A stretch of DNA of 64,000 bases from Synechococcus sp. AG-683-C23 (GCA_003208835.1 QCVD01000002.1:4217-68216); one strand, 5' to 3'; positions 23,304 to 34,697 are shown, counted from the stretch's first letter. Notes: generated from the letters alone by a model not told the origin. Translations and numbers: made by a program.

Positions 23304-25619
23304 GTGGCTATTACCACAATTCCTGGTACCAACGGTTCTGATACATCAATCATCGGAACCACTGGTGCTGACACAATCAAGCCGACTGACTTTGCAGCGC
23401 TGTTCGTCGATGCCGCTGAGGGCACCGACACCATCACCTACTCAGACGCAGTAACAGGTGTTTCTACATCTGGTGGCGATGACAACGACACTATTACTTT
23501 TGCAGCCGTTACCGGTGGCAATGCAAATGGCAATAAGGGCAATGACACCATCAGTGTTCTCGGAGACGTTGACGGCAATGCCTCAGTTTTTGGAGGCCAA
23601 GGCAACGATACAATTACTTTCTCTGGATTAGTAGAAAATGCTAATGAAATTGCAGGAAGTATTGGTGTAGATATCATTACGTTTGCTAAGAACGTCAGTA
23701 CCAGCAAAGTTCTTGGCAATCAGGATGCTGACACCATTACATTGTCTGATCTTGGAACTGCAGTAAGTATCTTCGGTGGTAAATCCTCCGATACAATCAC
23801 AGTTCAAGAGACATCAGGTTCGATGATCTCTGGCGACAAAGGTGATGACACCATTGCCACCACAGCAGCTACCAACTCCACCACGATTATGGGTGGTTCT
23901 GGTGATGACACCATTAATATCGGCGCTGGCGACGCCACAGGCAGTGGTTCAATCATTAATGGTGGTTTAGGCCGCGACACAGTCGCAGTGGCTGGAAATT
24001 CGGCCTTCACCATCAATGGCGAAGAAGATAACGACACAATTACAGTTACAGGTACTGGTAAGAACACCATCAACGGTGGCGATGGAGATGATGCCCTGAC
24101 GGGCAACTCCGGCACAGACGTCATTTCTGGTGATGCTGGCAACGACACCATCACTGCTATTACTGGCGGCAAAGGTGACACCCTCGATGGTGGAGATGGA
24201 AACGACACCATCGCGGGTGTTGGCGGTGCAGACAGCATTTCTGGCGGTGCTGGCAAAGACGTCATTACTGAGGGCGATGGCAGCTCGACAGTTCTTGGTG
24301 GTGCCGATGCAGACACCATCACTGTCGGCGCAGGCAACGACAAGGTCTTTGCTGGTAAAGCTAACGACACCATCAAAATCACCAGTGCAAATCTCGATGC
24401 CAGTGATTTAATCTCTGGCGACCTTGGTAGTGACACCATTGAATTTGAGCAGACAACAATCGCTGCTATTTCTGACATTCAATTCCAACAAGTAACTGGG
24501 GTTGAAACTCTCAAGTTCGATGGCGGAGCTGCCGCTGTCACACTTACCGTCGGTGCAAAAGCTGATGCAGCTGGTGTCACTGCCGTCAGCATTAAAGAGG
24601 TTGATACCAACACCGCCGCCGTCACAATTGCTGGTGGTAACAACTCCAACAACGTCACCTACACCGGTTCCGACACTGCAACTGTTGACATCGTCGCTAC
24701 TGGTGGATCTGGGAACGACACATTCAATACAGGTACAGCCGCTAACGATTCCACCTTCAAAGGTGGTGCAGGCACTAATACCTTCAATGTGAAGAACCTC
24801 GGCACCCTCCACTCGACAGTCATCCAGGATCTCAAAGGTTCTGATGTATTGACTGTTGGTGCTGGAGCAACAGCCGTAGCCGCAGCTGTAACTGCTGATT
24901 ACACCGCAACTTCTGCAACGACCAACAGTAGTGATGCCAACGCCGACGTTATCATTACCGCTGCGATCGGCAAAGACATCAGCATGGCAAGTGCAACTGT
25001 TGCTACTGGCTTCACGTTGAATGGCAGCACCGGTAAAGAAATTATTATCGGCTCTACCCAAGCTGACATCATCAACGGCGATACTGGCATCGACACCTTG
25101 ACAGGTGGTGGTGGTGCTGACGATTTCCTTCTGTACAACTCAGCTACGGTTGACGTTGTTACAGACTTCACAGTTGCTCAAACCGACCAGCTCGGCTTTG
25201 ACCTCAGTGACCTCAAATCCAATGCTCTGACAGATCTTGTTGGTCTTGATGCAGTTGATGGAACTGCTCGAGCTCAGAACGTGTTGATCGTCAATGCATC
25301 AGCTGCAGTTGACCTCGACGGCGCTGATACAGATAAAGAGATTGCTCTCTTCAGCACTAACTACGCTGATACCACTGGTGCGCTTCTCCAGGCTGACATT
25401 AGGGCCAACCTGACTGTCGCTGGAACCTTCGCTGCTGGTGATGCTTTCTTGGGTGTCTACGACAATGGTGTGAACTCATTCGTCGTGACTGTCGAAACAG
25501 CAGGTGGTAAGACCAACGCCTTATTTACTGATGCAGCAGTCACCGTTGTCGCTCAACTTTCTGGGTTGACCGACGCGACTACTATCGCTGATGGAAACCT
25601 TCTTGCCATGATTGCTTGA
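23304..25619 (+). CDS. RTX-repeat (GGxGxD) cell-surface/S-layer protein, SwmA-like
   Basis: 771 aa rich in G/T/A/D, many GGxGNDTI repeats, no signal peptide, TLTGGGGADDF before a T1SS-type C-terminus. Location between secA/tRNA-Gly and ribH matches my recollection of the WH8102 swmA locus. Confidence 0.8.
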   Translation: MAITTIPGTNGSDTSIIGTTGADTIKPTDFAALFVDAAEGTDTITYSDAVTGVSTSGGDDNDTITFAAVTGGNANGNKGNDTISVLGDVDGNASVFGGQGNDTITFSGLVENANEIAGSIGVDIITFAKNVSTSKVLGNQDADTITLSDLGTAVSIFGGKSSDTITVQETSGSMISGDKGDDTIATTAATNSTTIMGGSGDDTINIGAGDATGSGSIINGGLGRDTVAVAGNSAFTINGEEDNDTITVTGTGKNTINGGDGDDALTGNSGTDVISGDAGNDTITAITGGKGDTLDGGDGNDTIAGVGGADSISGGAGKDVITEGDGSSTVLGGADADTITVGAGNDKVFAGKANDTIKITSANLDASDLISGDLGSDTIEFEQTTIAAISDIQFQQVTGVETLKFDGGAAAVTLTVGAKADAAGVTAVSIKEVDTNTAAVTIAGGNNSNNVTYTGSDTATVDIVATGGSGNDTFNTGTAANDSTFKGGAGTNTFNVKNLGTLHSTVIQDLKGSDVLTVGAGATAVAAAVTADYTATSATTNSSDANADVIITAAIGKDISMASATVATGFTLNGSTGKEIIIGSTQADIINGDTGIDTLTGGGGADDFLLYNSATVDVVTDFTVAQTDQLGFDLSDLKSNALTDLVGLDAVDGTARAQNVLIVNASAAVDLDGADTDKEIALFSTNYADTTGALLQADIRANLTVAGTFAAGDAFLGVYDNGVNSFVVTVETAGGKTNALFTDAAVTVVAQLSGLTDATTIADGNLLAMIA

Positions 25620-25659
25620 TACTTAGACAGAACTAAGTTCTTCAGACCTTCATGTCATT

Positions 25660-25689
25660 AACTCCCCACTAACGTGGGGAGTTTTTTTT
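25660..25689 (+). terminator. Rho-independent terminator of the S-layer-like gene
   Basis: AACTCCCCAC-TAAC-GTGGGGAGTT followed by a T run. Confidence 0.9.
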
Positions 25690-25884
25690 GTTGAATTAGA
25701 TTTTTCTAGACTAGAGGGAATCAAAATGCCAACATAAATATTTCACCCGAAACATGAAAACTACAATAGCTAGTCATTCTTGCGCCAATAAATTTTTTTC
25801 ATTAATTACTAACCATGCCCTCACAATTAAAAAGATACTGAAGATACTATCGCCATTCAAAATCTATATAATTAACAAACAAAT

Positions 25885-26781
25885 TTAGAGATTTACATAG
25901 CCAAGAAATGATGGCGAGCCATGCTCAATCCAGCAAAATGAGGCTTGCTGCAAACATGGCTTCAAAATCTGAAAATGTTGCCCCACAGTCAACGTCGCTG
26001 CTGTCTCAAGCGGTCCATTAAAACCCTCAACAGGAAGAGTCGCTTCGCGCAACTGCTCAACCTGAACTTTATTGAGCGCGAAAAAACCCGAGTGTGGATT
26101 GCTTGGACAATCAAATGAAATCACACCATGGCCCAGGAATTTGGAACTAAAGACGTTATTGCAAGGAACATGCCACGCTGACATCAATTCAGAGGATATC
26201 TTCCCGTCAATCAACAGCCTAAAGCACTTATTTTCAACAGAAAGAAGTTCATATCGATGGGGCATCAATACGGAGGAATGATCAGTAACCTCAGCAATCC
26301 ATAACAACTTATCGATCAAAAGAGAATCATGCACAACCAAATCATCCTCAATATAGACATTTACGTCGGCAGGCTGAGGATGAAGTAGAAGATAGTCTCG
26401 TGCTGCAAAACCCAAAAATCTTGGGTCAGTATTAGAACAAGGGAGAACACGCAAGTGAGGATAATTAGCAAGAAGCACATCATCAAGGCATGTCTCCTGG
26501 GTATGAATTGCAACGATGATTTCCACTGATAGTTCATCCTCAAAGCCAGGTACTGACCGCGTTATAAAGGAGTCAGACTTGGCCTGCGTTAAATCAAGAA
26601 TCAACTGCGATCGACTCCGTTGCAGATTGATTAAACCAGACAAACAACGTTGCAGAGCCACGGTTCGTCGCTGCCTTGCTCCCCGTTGCCGACTGCCAAA
26701 TCCCTCGCCAAGTTGAATCGTTTCCCCCTCGTCCACTTCTCGGAAATAGTGAGGTATCACCACACGCACATGCATGATCAA
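25885..26781 (-). CDS. Hypothetical protein, possible GT-A fold glycosyltransferase
   Basis: VRVVIPHYF first strand, YIEDDL acidic motif, NPHSGFF. ATGA-coupled to the upstream sulfotransferase. Confidence 0.55.
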   Translation of the reverse strand: MIMHVRVVIPHYFREVDEGETIQLGEGFGSRQRGARQRRTVALQRCLSGLINLQRSRSQLILDLTQAKSDSFITRSVPGFEDELSVEIIVAIHTQETCLDDVLLANYPHLRVLPCSNTDPRFLGFAARDYLLLHPQPADVNVYIEDDLVVHDSLLIDKLLWIAEVTDHSSVLMPHRYELLSVENKCFRLLIDGKISSELMSAWHVPCNNVFSSKFLGHGVISFDCPSNPHSGFFALNKVQVEQLREATLPVEGFNGPLETAATLTVGQHFQILKPCLQQASFCWIEHGSPSFLGYVNL

Positions 26782-27532
26782 AGCCCCACTGATTCAGGCC
26801 AAACAATGCCGTAGTGCTGCTCCACCCACCGGTAGGTCGGTGCGAGTTGATCAGCCAACATATGGCGAAGGCCGTTATCCACATTTTTCACATCACCATC
26901 ACCGGCATAAGCATGCGGTAATTCAGGCATAGCATTGGCCTCCAGTTGGAGAAAATCCAACAGTTGCATCCAAATTCTTGGCCCTTCAAGGAAGAGATCC
27001 TCACTGCGCAGCACCAAAAGCTTTTCCTGCGGAAAGAGCCCCATGTAGCGAGGGAGCTGCTGCTCGTAACGGCTGCGACTGAGGTAGCTGTGCTGATGAT
27101 GGCTCAGGTGTAGTTCTTCTTGGACCAAAGTCGAATCAGCATCAGCCAGCCGGTCTGGTTCAGCAGCCAACGCATCTCCAAGCCAAAGTGGCTCTAACCC
27201 CAGACGACGGCTATGAAAATATTGCGACAGGGCCCATTCCACCGGATCACGCAGGAGAACGATCAATTTTGCCCTTGGCATAGCGGCCGCGATCCGAGCG
27301 GGTGCAAGGGGATGAAAGATGTAGTAGGGCGTAATTTCACCGCAGCGCTGAGCTTGGCGCACTTTTTCAAAGTGGCTGCAATACCAGGACAAACCACGGC
27401 TGAAGTGATTACTGAAGAAATGCAGTTCCTTGGGATTGGAGAGATGAACCTGAGGATGCTTTGCCAACCACAAATGAAGCGTGGTGGCACCACCTTTCGG
27501 GTACCAATCCCAAGAGAATCCGGCAGCCTCAC
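26778..27532 (-). pseudogene. Frameshifted sulfotransferase, paralogue of 21801-22622
   Basis: The start overlapping the ribH stop reads [13 protein letters not shown] and then shifts frame. Adding one base restores K-G-G-A-T-T-L-H-L-W in frame with KELHFF, GEITPYY, LLRDPVE. Confidence 0.8.
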
Positions 27533-28011
27533 GCCCGGCCCAATGCCCCCATCAAGCTGCCCATCTCCAGCGCTTCCAAGCCATAACTCCAGCCAAGGTT
27601 GCTCTTGATGCCAGCGCGCTCCAACGCCTGCTGCATCGTGTCTGTGGTGAGCACCCCGAAGATCACAGGCACACCCGTTTCCCGCGCCACTGCGGCAATC
27701 CCCTTGCTGGCTTCGGCCACCACAACATCGAAGTGAGGGGTGTCTCCGCGGATCACAGCCCCAAGGGTGATCACCACCTGGTAACGCCCGCTCGCTGCGA
27801 GGTTTTGCGAAACCAAGGGCAATTCAAACGATCCCGGCACCCATGCCACATCCAATTGGCTGCTAGTCGACGAGGTATCAACACCGTGACGTGCCAAGCA
27901 ATCCAGGCAGCCACTCAACAGCTTTGCAGTCACCAAATCATTGAATCGAGCCACCACCACTGCGATACGGAGGCCCTCCACATCGGTAAAACGTCCTTCA
28001 AAGGTGGCCAA
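27529..28011 (-). CDS. ribH: 6,7-dimethyl-8-ribityllumazine synthase
   Basis: [31 protein letters not shown]. Confidence 0.98.
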   Translation of the reverse strand: MATFEGRFTDVEGLRIAVVVARFNDLVTAKLLSGCLDCLARHGVDTSSTSSQLDVAWVPGSFELPLVSQNLAASGRYQVVITLGAVIRGDTPHFDVVVAEASKGIAAVARETGVPVIFGVLTTDTMQQALERAGIKSNLGWSYGLEALEMGSLMGALGRA

Positions 28012-28058
28012 GACAGACCGTTAACTCTGCACCCATCGTGGCACCACCAGTGGTCGAA

Positions 28059-28247
28059 TTAGGCAACAAAGAAGCTGACGCCCCAATTGAGCAGCACCAA
28101 AGCCACCCAAACTCCACTACCCAACAGGATTAAACGATTGGAACGGCCACTCTCTTCCGGGGAAGCAAACAACACCGGCACCGCCACGATCAGCGCGAAC
28201 GACACCACCACAAGGGCCAGCACGGTGAGGGTATTGATGAACTGCAT
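28059..28247 (-). CDS. psbZ: Photosystem II protein PsbZ
   Basis: 62 aa, two TM helices, VAVPVLFASP; upstream of ribH. Confidence 0.95.
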   Translation of the reverse strand: MQFINTLTVLALVVVSFALIVAVPVLFASPEESGRSNRLILLGSGVWVALVLLNWGVSFFVA

Positions 28248-28348
28248 GAAATTGGTTCAGCTACTCATAGCGTTCGAGGATTTTCACACGAAACCTGCCA
28301 AAGCCGGCCAAATGGGACGCAAGATGAAATGGTCAGGCGTGTGCGGCG

Positions 28349-28804
28349 ATGTCTCCTATCCGGTTGGTGCGCCATTTCCCCAGTGCCCCAGGCCTGCGCT
28401 GGTTCGGACTCGGACCCGATCTACGCCCCTGCCGCGGCCTACTCAAGCTGCAACGCCTGTTGGATCGCCATGCCTTTTGGGCTCGGGGTCGCAGCTTCAC
28501 CCAACTGAGGCGGCTGCTGGTAGGCAGTGATGCAGTCGTGAGCGTATGGCGCGGCAAACGGTTGGTGGGCTTCGGGCGCGCCAGCTCCGATGGCTACAGC
28601 CGCGCCGTACTTTGGGATGTGGTGGTGGCCGGTGATCTGCAGGGCCATGGACTCGGCCGACGCGTGATCGAGGAATTACTACATGCCCCTGGTGTGGCTG
28701 GGGTGGAGCGGGTGTACCTGATGACCACTAACAGCGGCGGCTTTTATCGCCAGCTCGGCTTCTGCGATGCCAGCCCCCAACAGCTGCTCGTACTCAAACG
28801 CTGA
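28349..28804 (+). CDS. GNAT family acetyltransferase
   Basis: LVGFGRA, WDVVV...QGHGLGRR motif A, GFYRQLGF. Confidence 0.9.
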   Translation: MSPIRLVRHFPSAPGLRWFGLGPDLRPCRGLLKLQRLLDRHAFWARGRSFTQLRRLLVGSDAVVSVWRGKRLVGFGRASSDGYSRAVLWDVVVAGDLQGHGLGRRVIEELLHAPGVAGVERVYLMTTNSGGFYRQLGFCDASPQQLLVLKR

Positions 28805-28818
28805 GAAACTGATTTGAA

Positions 28819-29386
28819 GTGCGCCTGATTCCCTTCGATAGCCAGCGCAGGCTCGTGTTCCTGCACATCCCCAAAAGCGTGGCCTCCTTGCGCGAAACCT
28901 CTCCAGTAACTTCCTCCAACACTTCACCCTTCCGGAACTAGAGCTGCTCTTCCCCGTAGCTCTTCACGGCGCCGAACTGTTCACCGTGGTGCGCGCTCTT
29001 CCAAGAGCAAGCTGCTCTCCTCCTTTCGCCACCCACATCCCGATCTCGCCAACTACATCCACCGGGAACTGAGCGAGTTGAGCCTGGCCGATTACATCGA
29101 TCTAGCCCGCTGGCTACCCCACCCACACCTGCGGCACCAACCCGATTTCCTCGGGCCAGTTTGCAGCTCTAAACCTGATGCGCGGGTGACGGTGTTCCAT
29201 CAAGAACGACTCGGGAAGCTGGAAACCTGGCTCAGCCGCCACTGGAATGAGCCCGTGCAGCTGCCGCACCTCAACCCCGCCAAGCGCGCTGTGCGTGATC
29301 TTGCAGAGGAAGAGCTCCAAGCCATAGAGGAGCAGATGCGCTGGCTCTATGCCGCCGATGGCCACGCCTTCGGCTACAACCACTAA
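28819..29386 (+). pseudogene. Degraded Sulfotransfer_2 family gene
   Basis: Three segments in shifting frames: RLVFLHIPKS; LQHFTLPEL...FTVVR; KLLSSFRHP...HPHLRHQPDFL...HLNP...[10 protein letters not shown]. Confidence 0.75.
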
Positions 29387-32114
29387 TCACCCTTACGATC
29401 AGAGTTCCGCTGTTGGGGCTGTGCCGAAATTCGCTGATGCCCAGCCGGAACTCGCGCTGCAAGGCAGCCTGTTTGGAGAGCCGGAACCAGCCAATCCAGC
29501 GTCTGCAGCGCCAGAGACGCCCGAAGGCCTAAGTGACGCCGAACTTGGCGCCGATGCCGCAGCCCGACCCCGCACAGCGCAACGTAGTAGCACTTTCGAT
29601 CCAGATCCAGATCCAGATCCAGAGGACAACGCTGATCAAGCTGAAGATCTACCGGCCTGGGCCCACCACAGCCAATTAGAGCCAAAGCAGCTCACACCTG
29701 TGCTGCGCCATTACGTCGAACTGAAAATGGCGCACCCCGAGCGGGTGCTGCTCTACCGGCTTGGCGACTTCTTCGAATGCTTTTTTGAAGACGCGATCAC
29801 CCTGTCGCGGGAACTCGAGCTCACCCTTACAGGCAAAGACGCCGGCAAAACGATCGGGCGCGTGCCGATGGCAGGAATTCCACACCACGCCGCCGAGCGC
29901 TACTGCAGCGATCTGATTCGCCTGGGCTACTCCGTGGCCCTCTGCGATCAGCTGGAAACCACCCCCGCCAAAGGCGCTCTACTCAAGCGGGACATCACCC
30001 GCGTGCTCACCCCCGGCACGGTGCTGGAGGAGGGCATGCTCAGTGCCCGGCGAAACAATTGGCTAGCTGCGGTTGTAGTTGAACCGACCAACAAACAACA
30101 ACCCTTCCGCTGGGGGCTGGCCCAGGCCGATGTGAGCACCGGCGATGTGCAGGTGATGCAGCGCGAAGGCAGTGACGGACTACACCAACAACTCGCCCAA
30201 CTGGAGGCTTCTGAACTGCTCTGGAGTGGCGACGATCCTGCACCGGCCTGGTGCCCCGATCGAGTTGCCCTCACACCGATGAGCAGCACCCCCTTCAGCC
30301 GCCCTGAAGCGGAAGCCGCGTTGCTTCAGCATTACAACCTGGCCAGCCTGGATGGCCTTGGATTGCCCGAGCTGCCGCTCGCGCTGCAGGCCATCGGTGG
30401 GTTACTGCGCTACGTGCGCGACACCCAACCCCTCGACGACAACGCACGCGTGCCCCTGGATGTACCCGCCATCGCGCATAGCGGCGAAACCCTGGTGCTC
30501 GATGCCCAAACCCGCCGTAATCTGGAACTCACCGCAACCCAACGCGACGGGATCTTGCAGGGGTCGTTGCTTTGGGCGATCGATCGCACCCTCACTGCCA
30601 TGGGTGGCCGCTGCCTGCGCCGCTGGATCGAAGCACCACTCATGGATCGCACGGCGATCGATCAACGCCAAAGCCTGGTGAGCACGCTTGTGGAGCAACG
30701 GCCACTGCGCCAAGCCCTACGCCGCCTGCTGCGCCCAATGGGGGATCTGGAACGGCTGGCGGGCCGGGCAGGCGCGGGCCACGCCGGTGCTCGCGATCTG
30801 GTGGCCATCGCCGATGGGCTCGAACGGATTCCCCAACTGGCCGCCCGGCTCACAGACGCGATCACCGCGGGGCCGACCTGGCTTCAAGCGCTATTAACAC
30901 CACAGCCACACCTGCAAGACCTAGCCAGCAGCGTGGGCCAGATCCTCATAGAGGCACCGCCGCTCTCCCTCAGCGAAGGAGGACTGATCCACGACGGCGT
31001 CGACCCCCTGCTCGACGGCCTACGTAACCAGCTCGATGATCAGGATGCTTGGCTAAATCAACAAGAACAGCAAGAACGCCAACGCAGTGGGATCAGCACC
31101 CTGCGGCTTCAACACCACCGCACCTTCGGCTACTTCCTCGCGGTGAGTAGAGCCAAGGCAGCTTCAGTGCCAGATCACTGGATTCGTCGCCAAACCCTGG
31201 CCAACGAAGAACGCTTCATCACCCCCGAACTGAAGGAACGGGAGGGACGCATCTTTCAATTGCGGGCCCGTGCCTGCCAACGCGAATATGAGCTGTTCGT
31301 CCAGCTGCGCGAACAAGTGGGAAGCATGGCTGGAGCGATCCGAGAAACGGCGCGGGCCGTCGCCGGCCTCGATGCCCTCACCGGCCTTGCGGAGGTAGCC
31401 GCCACCGGGAACTTCTGCGCCCCCAAGCTCAGCAACAAACGGGAGTTACTGCTCACCGCAGCCCGCCATCCAGTGGTGGAACAGCTGCTAGTGGAAACCC
31501 GTTTCACCCCCAACGATGTGGCCCTCGGTAGCGGCACAGATTTAGTGGTGCTCACGGGGCCGAATGCCAGCGGTAAAAGCTGTTACCTACGCCAAATCGG
31601 CCTAATTCAACTCCTCGCTCAAATCGGCAGCTGGGTGCCGGCCCAACAGGCAACAGTTGGGATTGCCGATCGCATCTTCACCCGCGTTGGTGCCGTCGAT
31701 GATCTCGCCGCTGGCCAGTCCACCTTCATGGTGGAAATGGCCGAAACCGCCAACATCCTGCATCACGCCACATCACGCTCCCTGGTGTTGCTGGATGAAA
31801 TCGGCCGAGGCACCGCCACCTTCGATGGCCTGTCGATCGCTTGGGCCGTGAGCGAACACCTCGCCGAAGATCTCCAAAGCCGCAGTGTGTTCGCCACCCA
31901 CTATCACGAGCTCAATGCCTTAGCTGGCGAACGCGACAATGTGGCCAATTTTCAGGTGCTGGTGAAAGAAACCGGCGACGATCTGCTTTTCCTCCACCAG
32001 GTGAGCCCTGGCGGTGCCAGCCGCAGCTACGGCATCGAAGCGGCCCGGTTGGCAGGAGTGCCGGCAGCGGTGGTGCAACGGGCCCGACAAGTGCTGGATC
32101 AACTGGTGGCCTAA
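29349..32114 (+). CDS. mutS: DNA mismatch repair protein MutS
   Basis: [50 protein letters not shown]. True start may be the GTG at 29421. Confidence 0.98.
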   Translation: MPPMATPSATTTNHPYDQSSAVGAVPKFADAQPELALQGSLFGEPEPANPASAAPETPEGLSDAELGADAAARPRTAQRSSTFDPDPDPDPEDNADQAEDLPAWAHHSQLEPKQLTPVLRHYVELKMAHPERVLLYRLGDFFECFFEDAITLSRELELTLTGKDAGKTIGRVPMAGIPHHAAERYCSDLIRLGYSVALCDQLETTPAKGALLKRDITRVLTPGTVLEEGMLSARRNNWLAAVVVEPTNKQQPFRWGLAQADVSTGDVQVMQREGSDGLHQQLAQLEASELLWSGDDPAPAWCPDRVALTPMSSTPFSRPEAEAALLQHYNLASLDGLGLPELPLALQAIGGLLRYVRDTQPLDDNARVPLDVPAIAHSGETLVLDAQTRRNLELTATQRDGILQGSLLWAIDRTLTAMGGRCLRRWIEAPLMDRTAIDQRQSLVSTLVEQRPLRQALRRLLRPMGDLERLAGRAGAGHAGARDLVAIADGLERIPQLAARLTDAITAGPTWLQALLTPQPHLQDLASSVGQILIEAPPLSLSEGGLIHDGVDPLLDGLRNQLDDQDAWLNQQEQQERQRSGISTLRLQHHRTFGYFLAVSRAKAASVPDHWIRRQTLANEERFITPELKEREGRIFQLRARACQREYELFVQLREQVGSMAGAIRETARAVAGLDALTGLAEVAATGNFCAPKLSNKRELLLTAARHPVVEQLLVETRFTPNDVALGSGTDLVVLTGPNASGKSCYLRQIGLIQLLAQIGSWVPAQQATVGIADRIFTRVGAVDDLAAGQSTFMVEMAETANILHHATSRSLVLLDEIGRGTATFDGLSIAWAVSEHLAEDLQSRSVFATHYHELNALAGERDNVANFQVLVKETGDDLLFLHQVSPGGASRSYGIEAARLAGVPAAVVQRARQVLDQLVA
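29598..29621 (+). repeat. (GATCCA)4 in-frame hexanucleotide repeat in the mutS N-terminal extension
   Basis: GATCCAGATCCAGATCCAGATCCA encodes DPDPDPDP. Confidence 0.9.
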
Positions 32115-32136
32115 CAATCGTTTGAAAATTGGCTGA

Positions 32137-34176
32137 TCAACGGCTTCCGGCCATCTTTTGGCGCAGCTGCTTAACGCGATCACGCAGGTTGGCCGCCTCC
32201 TCAAAATCAAGCTTCTTGGCGGCATCTTTCATCTTGCTTTCCAACTGATCAATCAATTCCGGTAACGCCTCCAGCGCCAATCCAGCATCGGCCTGATTCT
32301 CCAAGGCGCGAACCGCTTTACCCGCCACTTCCACCAGATCGGCGTCAGGGCCGTCTTGCTTCAATTTCCTGGAGAGTTCCAGGAAGCTCAAGATCGAATT
32401 GGTGGCCTTCTTACCAGCAGGCGAGGGCACGATGCCGTGCTCCACGTTGTAGCTGTGCTGAATCTTGCGCCGTTTCTCGGTCACATCAATCGCCTTGAGC
32501 ATCGAATCGGTCATGTTCTCGGCGTAGAGCAGCGCCTTGCCATCCACATGGCGCGCCGCCCGACCAATGGTCTGAATCAGAGAACGCTCCGCCCTCAGGA
32601 AGCCCTCTTTATCGGCATCCAAAATCGCCACGAGCGACACCTCAGGCAGATCCAAGCCCTCCCGCAGCAGGTTCACCCCCACCAGCACGTCGTACTCCCC
32701 AAGGCGCAAATCTTGGATGATCTCGATCCGCTCAATCGAGTGGATCTCAGAGTGGAGATAACGCACCCGCGTACCGTTTTCGGCCAAGTAATCCGTGAGA
32801 TCTTCCGCCATCCGCTTGGTGAGGGTGGTCACCAGCACCCGCTGCTGCTTAGCGGCACGATCACGGATTTCACCCAATAAATCGTCCACCTGACCGGTGG
32901 TGGGACGCACCTCAATCAAAGGATCCAGCACTCCGGTGGGACGAATCACCTGTTGCGCCACCTGGTCTGTACTCACCTCCATTTCCCAATTGCCCGGGGT
33001 GGCACTCACGAACACCGTTTGCCGGGCCTTCTCCCAAAATTCAGATCCTTTTAATGGCCGATTGTCGGCAGCACTCGGCAGTCGGAAGCCATGATCGACC
33101 AACACCTTTTTACGGGCCTGGTCGCCGTTGTACATCGCCTGCAACTGCGAACAGGTGACGTGGCTTTCATCCACGATCAACAGCCAGTCGTCCGGGAAAT
33201 AATCAATCAAACATTCGGGCGGTGTGCCCGCCTCTCGACCCGCCAGATGCCGGGCGTAATTCTCCACGCCTTGGCAATAACCCACCTGGTCGAGCATCTC
33301 AAGGTCGTATTTGGTGCGCTGCTCAAGCCGCTGCGCCTCCAACAATTTGCCTTCGCCATTTAGACACTCAAGCCGATCTCTAAGTTCCGTGCGGATTGCC
33401 TTAATCGCATCATCCAGGCGGTCTTTCGGAGTGACGAAGTGCTTCGCCGGATAAATGTTGATGTCCTCCATGCTCTGCAGAATCTCTCCGGTGGTGGGGT
33501 CCACGTAGCGGATCGCCTCCACCTCATCACCAAACAACTCAATCCGAACCAGCCGATCGTCGTAGGCCGGACCAATCTCCAGCACGTCGCCCTTCATCCG
33601 GAAACGACCCCGGGCGATTTCAGTGTCGTTACGGCTGTACTGGTTGTTCACCAACTCCCGCAGCTGACCACGGATATTCATGGTTGCCCCCACTTCGAAC
33701 TTCACTGCTGCCTTGAGGTATTCACTGGGAATCCCCAAGCCGTAGATGCAGCTGATCGAGGCCACCACGATCACATCGCGGCGCTCAAATAGGGAGCGGG
33801 TGGCGGAGTGGCGCAGCATGTCGATCTCTTCGTTGATCGACGCGGTTTTGGCGATGTACGTATCGCTGACGGGTACGTAGGCCTCTGGTTGGTAGTAGTC
33901 GTAATACGAAATAAAGTATTCGACGGCATTTTCGGGGAAAAACTCCCGCAGCTCGTTGCACAGCTGCGCCGCCAAGGTCTTGTTATGGGCCAACACCAAA
34001 GCCGGTCGCCCGGTCTGAGCGATCACATTGGCCATCGTGAAGGTTTTGCCGGTTCCCGTCGCGCCAAGCAGCGTCTGATAGCGCTCACCGCCGTTCACCC
34101 CCTCAACCAGCTGGGCAATCGCCGTGGGTTGATCCCCTTTGGGCGAATAGGGGGCCGTTAGTTCGAAGGCGGGCAT
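32137..34176 (-). CDS. uvrB: Excinuclease ABC subunit B
   Basis: [39 protein letters not shown]-terminal UVR coil. Confidence 0.99.
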   Translation of the reverse strand: MPAFELTAPYSPKGDQPTAIAQLVEGVNGGERYQTLLGATGTGKTFTMANVIAQTGRPALVLAHNKTLAAQLCNELREFFPENAVEYFISYYDYYQPEAYVPVSDTYIAKTASINEEIDMLRHSATRSLFERRDVIVVASISCIYGLGIPSEYLKAAVKFEVGATMNIRGQLRELVNNQYSRNDTEIARGRFRMKGDVLEIGPAYDDRLVRIELFGDEVEAIRYVDPTTGEILQSMEDINIYPAKHFVTPKDRLDDAIKAIRTELRDRLECLNGEGKLLEAQRLEQRTKYDLEMLDQVGYCQGVENYARHLAGREAGTPPECLIDYFPDDWLLIVDESHVTCSQLQAMYNGDQARKKVLVDHGFRLPSAADNRPLKGSEFWEKARQTVFVSATPGNWEMEVSTDQVAQQVIRPTGVLDPLIEVRPTTGQVDDLLGEIRDRAAKQQRVLVTTLTKRMAEDLTDYLAENGTRVRYLHSEIHSIERIEIIQDLRLGEYDVLVGVNLLREGLDLPEVSLVAILDADKEGFLRAERSLIQTIGRAARHVDGKALLYAENMTDSMLKAIDVTEKRRKIQHSYNVEHGIVPSPAGKKATNSILSFLELSRKLKQDGPDADLVEVAGKAVRALENQADAGLALEALPELIDQLESKMKDAAKKLDFEEAANLRDRVKQLRQKMAGSR

Positions 34177-34247
34177 GAACTGGCGAGCCTTAATGCCGGC
34201 TGATCAGGATAAAGCCACCGACAGGAGCATGGTGGTTCGGTCGGTGT

Positions 34248-34658
34248 TCAGGCCAGCGCTGCTCGGAGCAGCTCCACATCACCCAAACCGAGCAGACGAA
34301 TAAATACGGTGCTCAACACGCCATAGCCCACAGCCCCCAACACAGCGCTGGATAGGCCATTTTTCAGGCGGAACCCATCAATCAACGCCGCCGCCAGGCT
34401 GAACAGGATCACCGTGATCAGCCAATTGAACAGCCAGCTCACCGGAGCCAGCAATCCACCAAGGCTGGCCACAGCCCACGGCAACGCCAATACCAACTTC
34501 AACGGAACGACCAGCAGGGTCCCCAACAAACCAATCAGCACAGCAGAGCCAAAGGCCGTAGAGAAACTCGACAGTTCCACCCCTAACGGCATTGCCGCCA
34601 CGAGAAGGAGCACCACGGCCCTCACCGGCCATTGCAATAGCCAGCTGATCGGTCCCAT
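34248..34658 (-). CDS. Four-TM membrane protein, YvlD / phage holin family IV-like
   Basis: Hydrophobic 136 aa with an L-x-x-P...T/S-LGGL...N pattern. Confidence 0.65.
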   Translation of the reverse strand: MGPISWLLQWPVRAVVLLLVAAMPLGVELSSFSTAFGSAVLIGLLGTLLVVPLKLVLALPWAVASLGGLLAPVSWLFNWLITVILFSLAAALIDGFRLKNGLSSAVLGAVGYGVLSTVFIRLLGLGDVELLRAALA

Positions 34659-34697
34659 GGAGCTCCCAACAACGTTGAAATCAGGCTAGGAGCGGGT

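Noticed and set aside
23804-25061. Long antisense ORFs over the S-layer gene, and similar ones over secA, uvrB, rnj and mgtE
   Set aside because: Shadow ORFs caused by codon bias, with no protein motifs.
23304-25619. Repeated GACACCAT/AACGAC motifs as a CRISPR or DNA repeat array
   Set aside because: They are codons of the GxDTI RTX repeats, with irregular spacing and no cas genes.
34248-34658. Holin-family gene as evidence of a prophage
   Set aside because: No phage genes nearby; this family is a common chromosomal membrane protein.
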